Shown: positions 1-8,603 of the stretch, piece by piece
Layout of the letters: the number at the start of each line of letters is the position of its first letter
Numbering within the stretch: position 1 is the first letter of the stretch
Virus record (IMG/VR): IMGVR_UViG_3300032053_000035
Direction: 5' to 3' (one strand)
Source: an uncultured virus (IMG/VR IMGVR_UViG_3300032053_000035)
Lineage: Duplodnaviria > Heunggongvirae > Uroviricota > Caudoviricetes
Length of the DNA stretch: 64,000 nucleotides
Made by a program: the position numbers and the translations under genes
The notes under the pieces: model-generated
What the model saw: only the letters and a program-made list of their open reading frames with translations
Told to the model about the DNA's origin: nothing
The model's database searches: none

Positions 1-721
1 CGCCGTCAGAGTTCAGAAAGTCTGATGTCAGAAGTTCGGCCTTTTCAACATCGCTAGGCTTCCCTATGAACATTCCTGAACCGTCTGACCCTTCCAACGC
101 TTCATCAACTGCCCACGCGATACCAAAATGATCCAAGGCTTCGGCCAGCTGCTCCATAAAGCTGGTGCCCCAAGGATGTTCAACAACAAAATTTACTGGG
201 CCGTTGGACAGCACTAGTATCGCTTTTTCCGCATCAGCCTTTAGGATTTTTCCGTTGCTTACCGATACGCCAGCCTTGGTCAGCTTTTCTTTCGCAGCGG
301 CCATAGTCGCCAGGGTGCTGGCTTTTGCCTGATTGGCCATTTTCTTGAGCATCTTTGCGTCATCGCTATTGCCGGTCAATTTTTCTATGTATTTGGCAGT
401 CAATGGTGGAATGACGCCTCTGAACCACCCGTGTTTGAATGCCGTACCAGTGCCAAGTTGTAGTTGTATCACTAAATCAAAGTTAGCCTTTTTAGACCTT
501 TTGCCAATGACATTATACGGAATAAAGACATTATCTATTCGTCCTTCAAAATTGCTTATCGTGTCGCCATAGCTAGGAAAGTCAGAATCGAGGACCTTGT
601 TATTTAATTCCATAGCCACTTGATATTGCTCGGGAGAGACCACTACATACACAGTATCTCTGTATTCCATCTGCTCATCTTCGCATACAGCGTCGCCAAA
701 TCCAATTTTGTCGGTGCTCAT
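1..721 (-). CDS. Hypothetical protein (runs off the window), paralog of 14334..14900, with an internal AGVSVSNGKILKAD tag motif
   Basis: Not in the ORF track; translated by hand. ATG at 721 overlaps the TGA of the upstream gene (ATGA), and the frame is open to the window edge: MSTDKIGFGDAVCEDEQMEY...VFIPY...IPPLTAKYIEKL...KLTKAGVSVSNGKILKADAEKAILVLSN... Confidence 0.85.
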   Translation of the reverse strand, partial: MSTDKIGFGDAVCEDEQMEYRDTVYVVVSPEQYQVAMELNNKVLDSDFPSYGDTISNFEGRIDNVFIPYNVIGKRSKKANFDLVIQLQLGTGTAFKHGWFRGVIPPLTAKYIEKLTGNSDDAKMLKKMANQAKASTLATMAAAKEKLTKAGVSVSNGKILKADAEKAILVLSNGPVNFVVEHPWGTSFMEQLAEALDHFGIAWAVDEALEGSDGSGMFIGKPSDVEKAELLTSDFLNSDG

Positions 722-1704
722 ATTTGTCCTTCTATTGCGCTGCGGTTCCTAGTTTTGATACTGCCCTTGACCAACATGTACTTTTTCTCAGTTCTGCCAA
801 CCCCAAAATAACGATGTGCCCAGTAAGCCGGTTGGGAGAAGATGTCCTTGCTGTATATAGGACTTTTCTTGTAACCAAACCCGACCAGCTCAATGTTAAG
901 GCTACTTAGCTCCTTGTCTCTCCTGACCGGCGTTTGGCTGGTTGGCGACTGATACTTTATCTCGTTTCTAAACTGCCGCAAGTCAGGCGTACCAGAGTTA
1001 AGGTAGATGAGCAGGTTGCACATGAGCCTAATGTGGTCCTCAAACCCATCTTCCAGCCGAAACACCTCTTCTTGTGCGGTAAACCCTTCCTTCACTTTGT
1101 ACTCAGCGCCCACAAATAAGTCCTTTAGTACCTCGGCACCATTCCACGGAATCAGGGCGAAGTTGGTGTGGCCCTGTTTATCTACCCACGCCAAGGACAG
1201 TATGTTGGTGTCCTGCTGTACGTCTACTACTCTGGCACCAGTCATACTACCGCGCCAATCTTCCGACCCGAAAAACTGGGTGCCTGGACCAGAGAAGAAA
1301 TAGAAACCGTCAAAGCTGTCCCCTTGCGAATCGGAAACCAACTTTGGCAATTGGCAAAACCCACACAGGTTGGTTGGTAAGGAGTCAGTCATCATACCGT
1401 TAAGAGGGACTTTGGCAAAAACATCAAAAAATTCTGGGGACACCATGAAAACTTTCTTACCGGAAACCAACCAGTGTGCGTGGCACTTGGTTAGTGCTTT
1501 GACCGGCATATCAGACAGCACACTCAGGCAGCCCAATTCCTCTACGCGGGAGACGTTATCAGGAATAGCAAACGTGTTACTTACTTTGCCACCGTCCATA
1601 GTGCCTTCGCAAAAGAGTCTTACTATATTTAGGAAGGCCTTGTTGTGGTTATCTGATGCGGTCGCCCTTTGGATTAGTTCAGGCAGCACCTTTACTACTC
1701 TCAT
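718..1704 (-). CDS. Hypothetical phage protein (328 aa)
   Basis: Long ORF with GGAG RBS. The C-terminal AYWAHRYFGVGRTEKKYMLVKG resembles the GHW..Q..G.GR motif common in uncharacterised phage proteins. Confidence 0.8.
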   Translation of the reverse strand: MRVVKVLPELIQRATASDNHNKAFLNIVRLFCEGTMDGGKVSNTFAIPDNVSRVEELGCLSVLSDMPVKALTKCHAHWLVSGKKVFMVSPEFFDVFAKVPLNGMMTDSLPTNLCGFCQLPKLVSDSQGDSFDGFYFFSGPGTQFFGSEDWRGSMTGARVVDVQQDTNILSLAWVDKQGHTNFALIPWNGAEVLKDLFVGAEYKVKEGFTAQEEVFRLEDGFEDHIRLMCNLLIYLNSGTPDLRQFRNEIKYQSPTSQTPVRRDKELSSLNIELVGFGYKKSPIYSKDIFSQPAYWAHRYFGVGRTEKKYMLVKGSIKTRNRSAIEGQI

Positions 1705-1750
1705 TGTCCACTCCTACCGATAAAAATACAAGTATTAACCGATGCACGCT

Positions 1751-1779
1751 ATTTTAGCATAAGTGACACGTTGTGTCAA
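1751..1779 (-). promoter_or_regulatory. Sigma70-like promoter with overlapping palindromic operator
   Basis: Minus strand reads TTGACA-N17-TAAAAT with an extended -10 TG. The inverted repeat TGACAC-N3-GTGTCA (1764-1778) overlaps the -35 box. Confidence 0.7.
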
Positions 1780-1810
1780 CCGTATGTTTTCGCGACATAA
1801 AGGGCTTACT

Positions 1811-2290
1811 ATGGAAAACTGGCACCCTATTGCCATCTATGTCGGCTACGCCATTGACCAAGCTGGCGAGTCCGTTTTAGAGGTCGAAACCAGAATCAAG
1901 CAGGCGTTAGGAAAATCTGACTTGCCGCTCATTGCCTACTTCCCAAGGGCGCCGTTCTTTATTCAGCAAAAGGATGAACTGGGAAGCAAATGGGGCTTCG
2001 TGAGGGAGGTTAACGAAGCCGTGATTGCAGCGGCTGACGGCTGTTTATTTTTGTCTTCTGGCGGTTTTAGCTTCGGCATGCCACTAGAGGTCGACTTAGT
2101 GAGCCGCCTTGGCAAGCCGTGGCTATTTGTTGACGAAAGCCAAAAAGAGATTGGTGGGTATCTTACTGCGCTAGCCAGTCGCGACAACTATGGCGTGGTG
2201 TCCACCAACCTGTTGTGCGTTCCCAGTTGGTTAGAAGAAGTGGCTCATAACGTTGGGCAGAAAAGGACAAGGCAATGCAATACAAAATAA
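1811..2290 (+). CDS. Nucleoside 2-deoxyribosyltransferase/DUF1937-like protein
   Basis: YFP...VNEAVIAAADGCLFL...SFGMPLEV...LGKP matches the NDT-like S-x-G...E...GKP pattern. Confidence 0.6.
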   Translation: MENWHPIAIYVGYAIDQAGESVLEVETRIKQALGKSDLPLIAYFPRAPFFIQQKDELGSKWGFVREVNEAVIAAADGCLFLSSGGFSFGMPLEVDLVSRLGKPWLFVDESQKEIGGYLTALASRDNYGVVSTNLLCVPSWLEEVAHNVGQKRTRQCNTK

Positions 2291-2499
2291 AGTACCGAAG
2301 ATTTTTATTTTGGAAAACCAAAACAATTGTTGGTCACAAGGTGGAGGACAACACGCTGGTTTTGTTCTACCAAGACGGCGGACTAGAAACCGTGGCTGGA
2401 TGGAACAGATACTCACTTAGATTAGGAACTGATTGGGTTTTGGCCGCAAAGAAGAATATGGAATCTCAATCTGGCGTTGACATCAAGCTAAACATGTAA
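2275..2499 (+). CDS. Hypothetical protein
   Basis: 74-aa ORF with an AAGG-type RBS, in an operon with its neighbours. Confidence 0.75.
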   Translation: MQYKIKYRRFLFWKTKTIVGHKVEDNTLVLFYQDGGLETVAGWNRYSLRLGTDWVLAAKKNMESQSGVDIKLNM

Positions 2500-2511
2500 T
2501 GGAGAAAAGTT

Positions 2512-2718
2512 ATGTACGAGGTCACATTAATAGACATACAATCTGGCGTAGAGCGGGTATCAATACCAGACATTATCGAAGATGGCATAATAACGGTTAA
2601 TCACAGCGTTATGCCTTACAGATTCCTAATTACGTCAAGCAATAGTCGTATTGAGTTCCCAATGGATAAGTTTATCGTGAAGTTTGGCGACAACAGGCAA
2701 ATACCACTGCCTGTCTGA
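2512..2718 (+). CDS. Hypothetical protein, paralog of 28489..28800
   Basis: GGAG RBS. Shares Y.VT...G.E...I..DG...P.R...RIE.PM...V.F...RQ with 28489..28800. Confidence 0.8.
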   Translation: MYEVTLIDIQSGVERVSIPDIIEDGIITVNHSVMPYRFLITSSNSRIEFPMDKFIVKFGDNRQIPLPV

Positions 2719-2731
2719 GCCACGGCGCTCA

Positions 2732-3031
2732 CTATTGCGGCAACTTACTCAGAACCCAATTACACCATGAGTTGACTGCAAAGTGTGCCCGAGTTTGTCC
2801 AATATCTATGATTTGCCCAATAAGCCACGTCATGAGCTTCAATTGGCCCTCAGGCGTTTGGTCCATGTTGTGACCTTCGCCGAGCAAGGCACTAGCCTCA
2901 AACCCATACGAAACAAATTGCGCTACGACAGTATTGAGTTCGGCAAAGCCGCCTGAGCTGATGCTCTCGGCGGCGGCTATGAGCATGACGCGAAGTTGGT
3001 CGGCAGTGAAATCGGTGTGTAGCACAGTCAT
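2732..3031 (-). CDS. Hypothetical protein
   Basis: 99-aa ORF ending in a TAG TGA double stop. Confidence 0.7.
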   Translation of the reverse strand: MTVLHTDFTADQLRVMLIAAAESISSGGFAELNTVVAQFVSYGFEASALLGEGHNMDQTPEGQLKLMTWLIGQIIDIGQTRAHFAVNSWCNWVLSKLPQ

Positions 3032-3138
3032 AGCGTGAAGTCCTATATCATAAGGTCAATGGCTAACACTTTTTATGCTAAGACCACACGCCACTAGATA
3101 CTATTTGCTATTCATTTTCCCTTAGGTGCTGCTGGCGG

Positions 3139-4053
3139 TCATAACTCAATTTCCACCGTGAACCAGCACTTCTCGTCGGCATGGAGTCTTATGTTTATTT
3201 TGTCCAATATTTTGCTAAAGTGCCGCTCGACAACAGCCACGGCATCCTTTTTCCCAACAAAAGTTGGGTTGTCGTCATCTTCTTCATAAGGCCTAGACTG
3301 GAAGAAGTCCCACACCCTAAACCCTCTTTGCATATGTGTTTCTGAGTTAATGCTAACTTTTTCAGAATTTTCTTGCCCCTTGAAGCTAAGTGTTGACAAA
3401 AGCTTTTCGGCTTCAATGAAAAGGCCTACAGTTTTGTCAGTAGAGCTAATTCCTTTTGCTGCTAACGACTTGCTCAACGCTACACTGCTAAACTCATCGC
3501 TTTTTACTAACCAATCCACAAGGGCGGTCTTATTTGCCACAAGATTTTGGGCACTTTCGAGAGACGCGAGCAGTTCAAACTTTGGCTCCCCATTTCCGCG
3601 AAGGTACTCCGGCTGGCAAAACAGGACCGTCGTCTCAACGCCAGAAGAGGCTACTTTTATGATAATGGTGTGGCAAATTATCAGGCCTTGGAACTGGTGC
3701 TCTGCCACTACCACCTTTTGGCCTGACAGTTGATACTTCAGCTTACCAAACTTGGACTTTACCTCGTCCATAACCGCTATTGCCTTGGCCTTACTAGCTG
3801 GGTCAACAAAAGCATTGTTTTCCAGCTTTACAATCATTGCCTTGATGTCTGTTCCCAGCTTTTGTACACGCTCCCTAGCCTGGCTCTCAAATTTTTTGAG
3901 GAGCGGGTCTGGGTCATCTTTTGCTAGCTCTATTGTGCCTAGCAGCTTTTTGTATGACTTTTGTACTTCCCGGTACTTATCGAATATAGTCTTCGAGACT
4001 GGTTTGTCGTCTGCTAGGGCAAGCAGCGAAGCTCTCAGGTTAGAATACGTCAC
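3139..4053 (-). CDS. Hypothetical protein (304 aa, helical N-terminus)
   Basis: Long ORF with a GTG start and GGAG RBS. Confidence 0.8.
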   Translation of the reverse strand: MTYSNLRASLLALADDKPVSKTIFDKYREVQKSYKKLLGTIELAKDDPDPLLKKFESQARERVQKLGTDIKAMIVKLENNAFVDPASKAKAIAVMDEVKSKFGKLKYQLSGQKVVVAEHQFQGLIICHTIIIKVASSGVETTVLFCQPEYLRGNGEPKFELLASLESAQNLVANKTALVDWLVKSDEFSSVALSKSLAAKGISSTDKTVGLFIEAEKLLSTLSFKGQENSEKVSINSETHMQRGFRVWDFFQSRPYEEDDDNPTFVGKKDAVAVVERHFSKILDKINIRLHADEKCWFTVEIEL

Positions 4054-4124
4054 AAAAGACTCCTATGGCAACAACAAGATAGTTTATCCACAATGAGATT
4101 AAGATAAGCTTTGTCCGGGCTGGA

Positions 4125-4154
4125 TTGACAGTTCATGACGCTACGTGTTATAAA
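4125..4154 (+). promoter_or_regulatory. Sigma70-like promoter
   Basis: TTGACA-N18-TATAAA with a TG extension, ~35 bp upstream of the ATG at 4190. Confidence 0.65.
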
Positions 4155-4189
4155 ACTAGCCGTTAGGCAATAGCACAGAGAGGTGGCAT

Positions 4190-4756
4190 ATGACGGCAGA
4201 AAAAGTTATATTAATTTCTTATTTTCCTTTTCTGGATAACGCTGGTGGAACCTTTACACCAGGTTCCGAGGCCGCAAAAAGCGCCTTGAAAGCTTTGCGT
4301 AAGTTAGACACTGTAGTGATAAAGGGCGTGGCTTGGCTGGGCGAGGAACAAAGCGGGATAGCAACAAGCCCGTGCTTTGTGGTGGACAACGCCGGTAAAC
4401 TAGAAGAGCACTTGCTATGGTGGTCAGAGAACAACCCAAAAGACTGGTTCCAGCTGATATGGGACAAAGACGACAGCGGGTATACCATTGCTGTCATACC
4501 AACCATCACTAAGAACAGGCTTAACATCAACGCGACCAGGACGTACTTCTTCTCCTACTTCTTTACCACCAAAGGGGCACCTTACAAAGGCACGGATTTT
4601 GCATTACCGAGGGCTGGCGAGGCAAAGATATTCTTTTGCGATGAAGTGAATTCGGATAGCATAAACCGCGACGGCATACTGATACCCTGCTATGAGAAAG
4701 AGAGCGCTCCTGAAGTCTACAAAGAGATTTTTCGGGAGCTAGATTCCAAACCTTAG
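4190..4756 (+). CDS. Hypothetical protein
   Basis: 188-aa ORF with GAGG RBS. Confidence 0.8.
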   Translation: MTAEKVILISYFPFLDNAGGTFTPGSEAAKSALKALRKLDTVVIKGVAWLGEEQSGIATSPCFVVDNAGKLEEHLLWWSENNPKDWFQLIWDKDDSGYTIAVIPTITKNRLNINATRTYFFSYFFTTKGAPYKGTDFALPRAGEAKIFFCDEVNSDSINRDGILIPCYEKESAPEVYKEIFRELDSKP

Positions 4757-4768
4757 GGCGAGAGACAT

Positions 4769-5410
4769 ATGCACAGAGAAATAGCACCGGGCGTACGGCA
4801 AATGGACTTAGACAAAAGCTGGCACAATTACGATTTTTTCGACAACGACAAGTTAAGAATTATGCCCACAGCATACTGGCAGGAGGTAGGCTACCAGACC
4901 ACCAGGACAATGCTTCACTTTAAGGCTCAATACTTTTTGCCCACCACTGAGGCAATCTCTGAATTACAGAAGCTGATAGCGCCAATAGGCCCAGAAGATT
5001 GCCTGGAGATTGGTGCCGGTAACGGCTGGTTAGGCTCGTTACTAGGCATCAAAATGACTGATAGCCATCGCCAAAGCAAAGCAGCAATTATGGCGGCATA
5101 CTTAGCTAGTGGCCAGCCAATAATCGTGTACGGCCAAGACGTAGAAAAGTTAGACGCACTCTCAGCAGTGAGAAAGTACAAACCACATACGGTAATAGGC
5201 AGCTGGGTTTCGGAAAAAAGCAGCATATTACCAGATGGGATAGATGAGGAACATTTGCTAAGGATGGTTAAACGGTATATCTTGATAGGTTCCGACACAA
5301 TACACGGCAAAAAGATAATTATGGCCAGAAAGCATCAAAAAATAAAATCACCCTTCTTGCTCAGCCGAACGGAAAAGCAACAGGAAAACTCGATTTGGAT
5401 TTGGGAGTAG
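4769..5410 (+). CDS. Class I SAM-dependent methyltransferase-like protein
   Basis: SAM-binding motif I, LEIGAGNGWL. Confidence 0.7.
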   Translation: MHREIAPGVRQMDLDKSWHNYDFFDNDKLRIMPTAYWQEVGYQTTRTMLHFKAQYFLPTTEAISELQKLIAPIGPEDCLEIGAGNGWLGSLLGIKMTDSHRQSKAAIMAAYLASGQPIIVYGQDVEKLDALSAVRKYKPHTVIGSWVSEKSSILPDGIDEEHLLRMVKRYILIGSDTIHGKKIIMARKHQKIKSPFLLSRTEKQQENSIWIWE

Positions 5411-5418
5411 CTAAGCGT

Positions 5419-5449
5419 ACCTAGCAGCAGACAGGTTCTGCTGCTAGGT
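5419..5449. terminator. Hairpin between convergent genes, probable bidirectional terminator
   Basis: Perfect 13-bp stem: ACCTAGCAGCAGA-CAGGT-TCTGCTGCTAGGT. Confidence 0.7.
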
Positions 5450-5454
5450 GGTTG

Positions 5455-6093
5455 TTATAGGGAAGTGAATGCCAGAGTGTCGTCATCATCTTCCGCAGCT
5501 TTGAACGAAGCCCACCGATACTGGGACCTCTTATTCATCACTTTATTGACGTAAGACTGATTCATGAAAGCGCCAGGATCTGAGCACTTTCTTGTGATTA
5601 GTCTAGACCTAAACTTGCACACCTTGGAGCCGCCAGAACTTGGCTCCATAAACACCTCATTTTTGCAGATGCAGGCGGTGCCGGTCTGATAGGCTGCTAT
5701 GGTTGCTCTTACTTCGCCTTGGTACCTAGCCAGCTGCTTTTGGAGGATGGAAGCCGTGCACTTGATGTTTATTCTTGACTGCATAAGAAATTTGAGATCT
5801 CTGATGTTGCACATATGCTTGGCAGTTGCCATTGTTACTTGCCCAAGCCCATAAGAGGTGACGTACACGCCAGGAGCACCAGCTGGGTTTATTGCTTTGG
5901 CTTGGAAGTTGCTTTCTGTATCGATAATAGCCAAAAGCAGGCCAATCGGAAGCTTATATCTTGCTTCTATGTTTTTGATATAGGATATTGTGCTGTTGAG
6001 CTTGGATATTTTGTAATTAGGCTGGGCGGAAGTTGATCCGCTAACACCTAATTGCATCGTAATAGCCAAAGCGGCTGCAACTAACTTTCTCAT
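5455..6093 (-). CDS. Lytic transglycosylase (SLT domain) with N-terminal signal/SAR-like segment
   Basis: SLT motifs LLAIIDTESNF (catalytic E-S), YGLGQV, NI...A..L and AAYQTG; hydrophobic N-terminus. Confidence 0.85.
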   Translation of the reverse strand: MRKLVAAALAITMQLGVSGSTSAQPNYKISKLNSTISYIKNIEARYKLPIGLLLAIIDTESNFQAKAINPAGAPGVYVTSYGLGQVTMATAKHMCNIRDLKFLMQSRINIKCTASILQKQLARYQGEVRATIAAYQTGTACICKNEVFMEPSSGGSKVCKFRSRLITRKCSDPGAFMNQSYVNKVMNKRSQYRWASFKAAEDDDDTLAFTSL

Positions 6094-6356
6094 TGGTTAC
6101 CTTAAGTTTTTGACGCATCTACTTTGGTCTCTGTTGGATGTTAGAGTTCGGTATAAATACGATTAATCTCTGTTATTGGTTTCTGTTCTAGTATCAGCCT
6201 CATGCTGTTGGCAAAAGACCTAGCTAAGTTAGCTGGATCATGACAAGCCATCGTATGGTAAGACAAAAACGTACTTGGGTTATCAGTTGCTGCTTCTAAT
6301 ACACCAACCAAGGTAGTAATCCTGTACTATTGCGCCTATCATCATAACTTTGTCTG

Positions 6357-7043
6357 CTAGTAGCTCCATGGCCTTCCCGTCCTTACCCAAAGAGACCATG
6401 CCAAATCCAACGTGCCAGCGCTAGTAAATTGCAAGTTGCTTGGGTGTACTACCATGTTAGTGTAAACACCATCTGGACTGACCGTGGTTGTGCCAAATTC
6501 CCAGGCTGTCACATTAGCAGCATAGGCCAGATTAGCGGCCTGCGTTCCTACTGTTAAAATAGCCACGGAGGCATCCAGCTTTATTGACGTCGTTAACTTT
6601 GATGCTTGCGCGTTGATCCCACACAATCTTGCCTTATTTAGGTTTTCCAACACCATTGCCGTAACAGCTGATTCAAACTGCTGTTTAGGCATAGTCTTAG
6701 CTAACACTGCCTCCTTGTACGTTCCTACTTGCCGATACTCAATATCCAATCCTGCCTTTGTTGCCCTTTCCTCGATAGTAGTTAATATCACTGACGAGTC
6801 GCCAGAAATAGTAAGCTCGCCACTTTTATCAGCCTCAGCAAGCAGCGATAAAAATGATCTAAGCTGACTAATTGACCCGCCAACCACTATACCAGACGCG
6901 TTTTCTAGACGTAGGGTTTGCAGAACCGTAATTGGGCCGAACGGAGAACGGTAGAATGGCTTATTAGCAACTAATCGTTCCAATGGTTCGGCATCGAGAT
7001 TTACGTAGAGTGAGCAATAGGCCCTATCCAACCCGCTGTCCAT
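6357..7043 (-). CDS. Hypothetical protein (3' end possibly frameshifted)
   Basis: The real start is probably ATG 7043 (TAATG coupling with the upstream gene, AAGAGG RBS), giving MDSGLDRAYC... Confidence 0.7.
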   Translation of the reverse strand: MDSGLDRAYCSLYVNLDAEPLERLVANKPFYRSPFGPITVLQTLRLENASGIVVGGSISQLRSFLSLLAEADKSGELTISGDSSVILTTIEERATKAGLDIEYRQVGTYKEAVLAKTMPKQQFESAVTAMVLENLNKARLCGINAQASKLTTSIKLDASVAILTVGTQAANLAYAANVTAWEFGTTTVSPDGVYTNMVVHPSNLQFTSAGTLDLAWSLWVRTGRPWSY

Positions 7044-7255
7044 TAACCACCTCTTACTGTCGCTGTGACGCCTATTCTGACACTGACTCCAACGGCAGAC
7101 ACTGAATCCACTACTCCCAACATAGTAACGTGTGGTGCTGTGCTTAATTGGGGCCAACAGTACATATCCCCTGTTTCCACGTTTTTATACTTAACAACAC
7201 CGTCTTTTTGGATTGGTATGACCGACACTACCAAATTGTTATATAGCATTCTCAT
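7043..7255 (-). CDS. Hypothetical protein
   Basis: 70-aa ORF overlapping or coupled to both neighbours. Confidence 0.7.
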   Translation of the reverse strand: MRMLYNNLVVSVIPIQKDGVVKYKNVETGDMYCWPQLSTAPHVTMLGVVDSVSAVGVSVRIGVTATVRGG

Positions 7256-7685
7256 TGTTTACCTCACTGATTGGTACAATAACAGCATTGTATTTTTTAG
7301 AAAAAATTTGCCGTGTCGCCTTGGACAACATCCAAAAGGCAGATGGGTCAGAATTGGGCATCAGGACGGCCACGCGCTTCTCAACGTGTAAGTCATAAAA
7401 ACCTGGTATGATTTTGCGTATGGATTCTGGGTCCACCTGCTTGACAGGTTCCAAAATAAATGCGCCGTAATTTTTCCCTGGCCGTATTTCCTTAAGTATT
7501 TTGCAGACCCAGATGGACTTATTACTAACTAAGCTAGTGTTAGCACTGCCGCGATTTAGCACCGAAAACTTGCCAAGGGTGCGAGAAATGCATTGCATGG
7601 TTCCATCTGGGGCTCTGGAGTAGAAAAACTTGGCAACAACAGTAAGCCCACAGAATGAATCATCCTCTTGCCCAGAAATAGTCAA
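7239..7685 (-). CDS. Hypothetical protein
   Basis: 148-aa ORF with GGAG RBS. Confidence 0.75.
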   Translation of the reverse strand: MTISGQEDDSFCGLTVVAKFFYSRAPDGTMQCISRTLGKFSVLNRGSANTSLVSNKSIWVCKILKEIRPGKNYGAFILEPVKQVDPESIRKIIPGFYDLHVEKRVAVLMPNSDPSAFWMLSKATRQIFSKKYNAVIVPISEVNNENAI

Positions 7686-7703
7686 AACATTTCTCCATAG
7701 CCA

Positions 7704-8603
7704 TCAGTACGGCAAGTTGTATTCACTAACGCCTATCGCCTGAAGCCTAGCTTCACGATTAACTGACAGGGCGATGTCCAACTGCACATAGACCAGACTG
7801 TTTGTCGTTTGCACCGTGTCTCGTCCAATAGCAAGTGATTTTAGGGATAGTGTCGGATTTCCTGTGAAAGGCAAGCCAGACAACAACGAGACAGTGCCCT
7901 GACTATCAATAAATTTTGGCGTTATGGAAGCATTAACATCAGTGGACAATACTAGCTGGAGAAGGGCTAGCGGCCTCTCTGATACCTTGTATGGGAAAGT
8001 AATGGTAGTTGTTCCAGTAGTGCCGGAATTGTTCCTTATCTTGACGTAAACCGAAGGAATAATGGCAGAGGTATCGTAAGTATCGGTAATGCTGATAACA
8101 CCGCCAGAAGCGGCTGTTACTAGGTAACCCGCATTGCGGATCGGTATTAACCATGGCACCGCATTTCTAGTTAGCAACACGCTGCCGATCTGCAGCGGCG
8201 GCGACTGGACAAAGTGCCCTTGCGCCAGCGGAATACCGCCACCTGGGTATCTTACGTACCCAAGGATCACGCCGTCAACAGTTTCCGGCGTCAGAATACC
8301 AGAATCAAGGGTCAAAGCTGCGGCTACGCCACCGCTGACATTGGCGTCAACATGAGCGTAGAAAATCGTGTAATCAGCTGGGGACGAGGTATTGGCAATA
8401 GTTAATGACTTAGCCTCGTTCTCAATTATTATCACGCCCTGATTCGTGACACACGAGCCTGAGTTTATTCTGACCCTGCTGGCACTTTCCACAGAAAACG
8501 CGCAGCCTACTAATATTGCCGCTGGCACCAACGAGTTAGATAGGGACTTCAGGCTTTGCGCTACGACTGGGGAGCCATAGTCTTGTATTCTCTTTTGACT
8601 CAT
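7704..8603 (-). CDS. Putative virion (tail/baseplate) protein
   Basis: The N-terminus (V.INSG.C...G.I.I....L.I) resembles the N-termini of the giant tail proteins at 18985 and 23520; beta-rich; coupled to the upstream gene. Confidence 0.65.
   Translation of the reverse strand: MSQKRIQDYGSPVVAQSLKSLSNSLVPAAILVGCAFSVESASRVRINSGSCVTNQGVIIIENEAKSLTIANTSSPADYTIFYAHVDANVSGGVAAALTLDSGILTPETVDGVILGYVRYPGGGIPLAQGHFVQSPPLQIGSVLLTRNAVPWLIPIRNAGYLVTAASGGVISITDTYDTSAIIPSVYVKIRNNSGTTGTTTITFPYKVSERPLALLQLVLSTDVNASITPKFIDSQGTVSLLSGLPFTGNPTLSLKSLAIGRDTVQTTNSLVYVQLDIALSVNREARLQAIGVSEYNLPY

Noticed and set aside
7043..7157. Frameshift joining 7043..7255 to 6357..7157
   Set aside because: A TAATG overlap with an AAGAGG RBS explains it as two coupled genes; the ORF-track start at 7157 is spurious.
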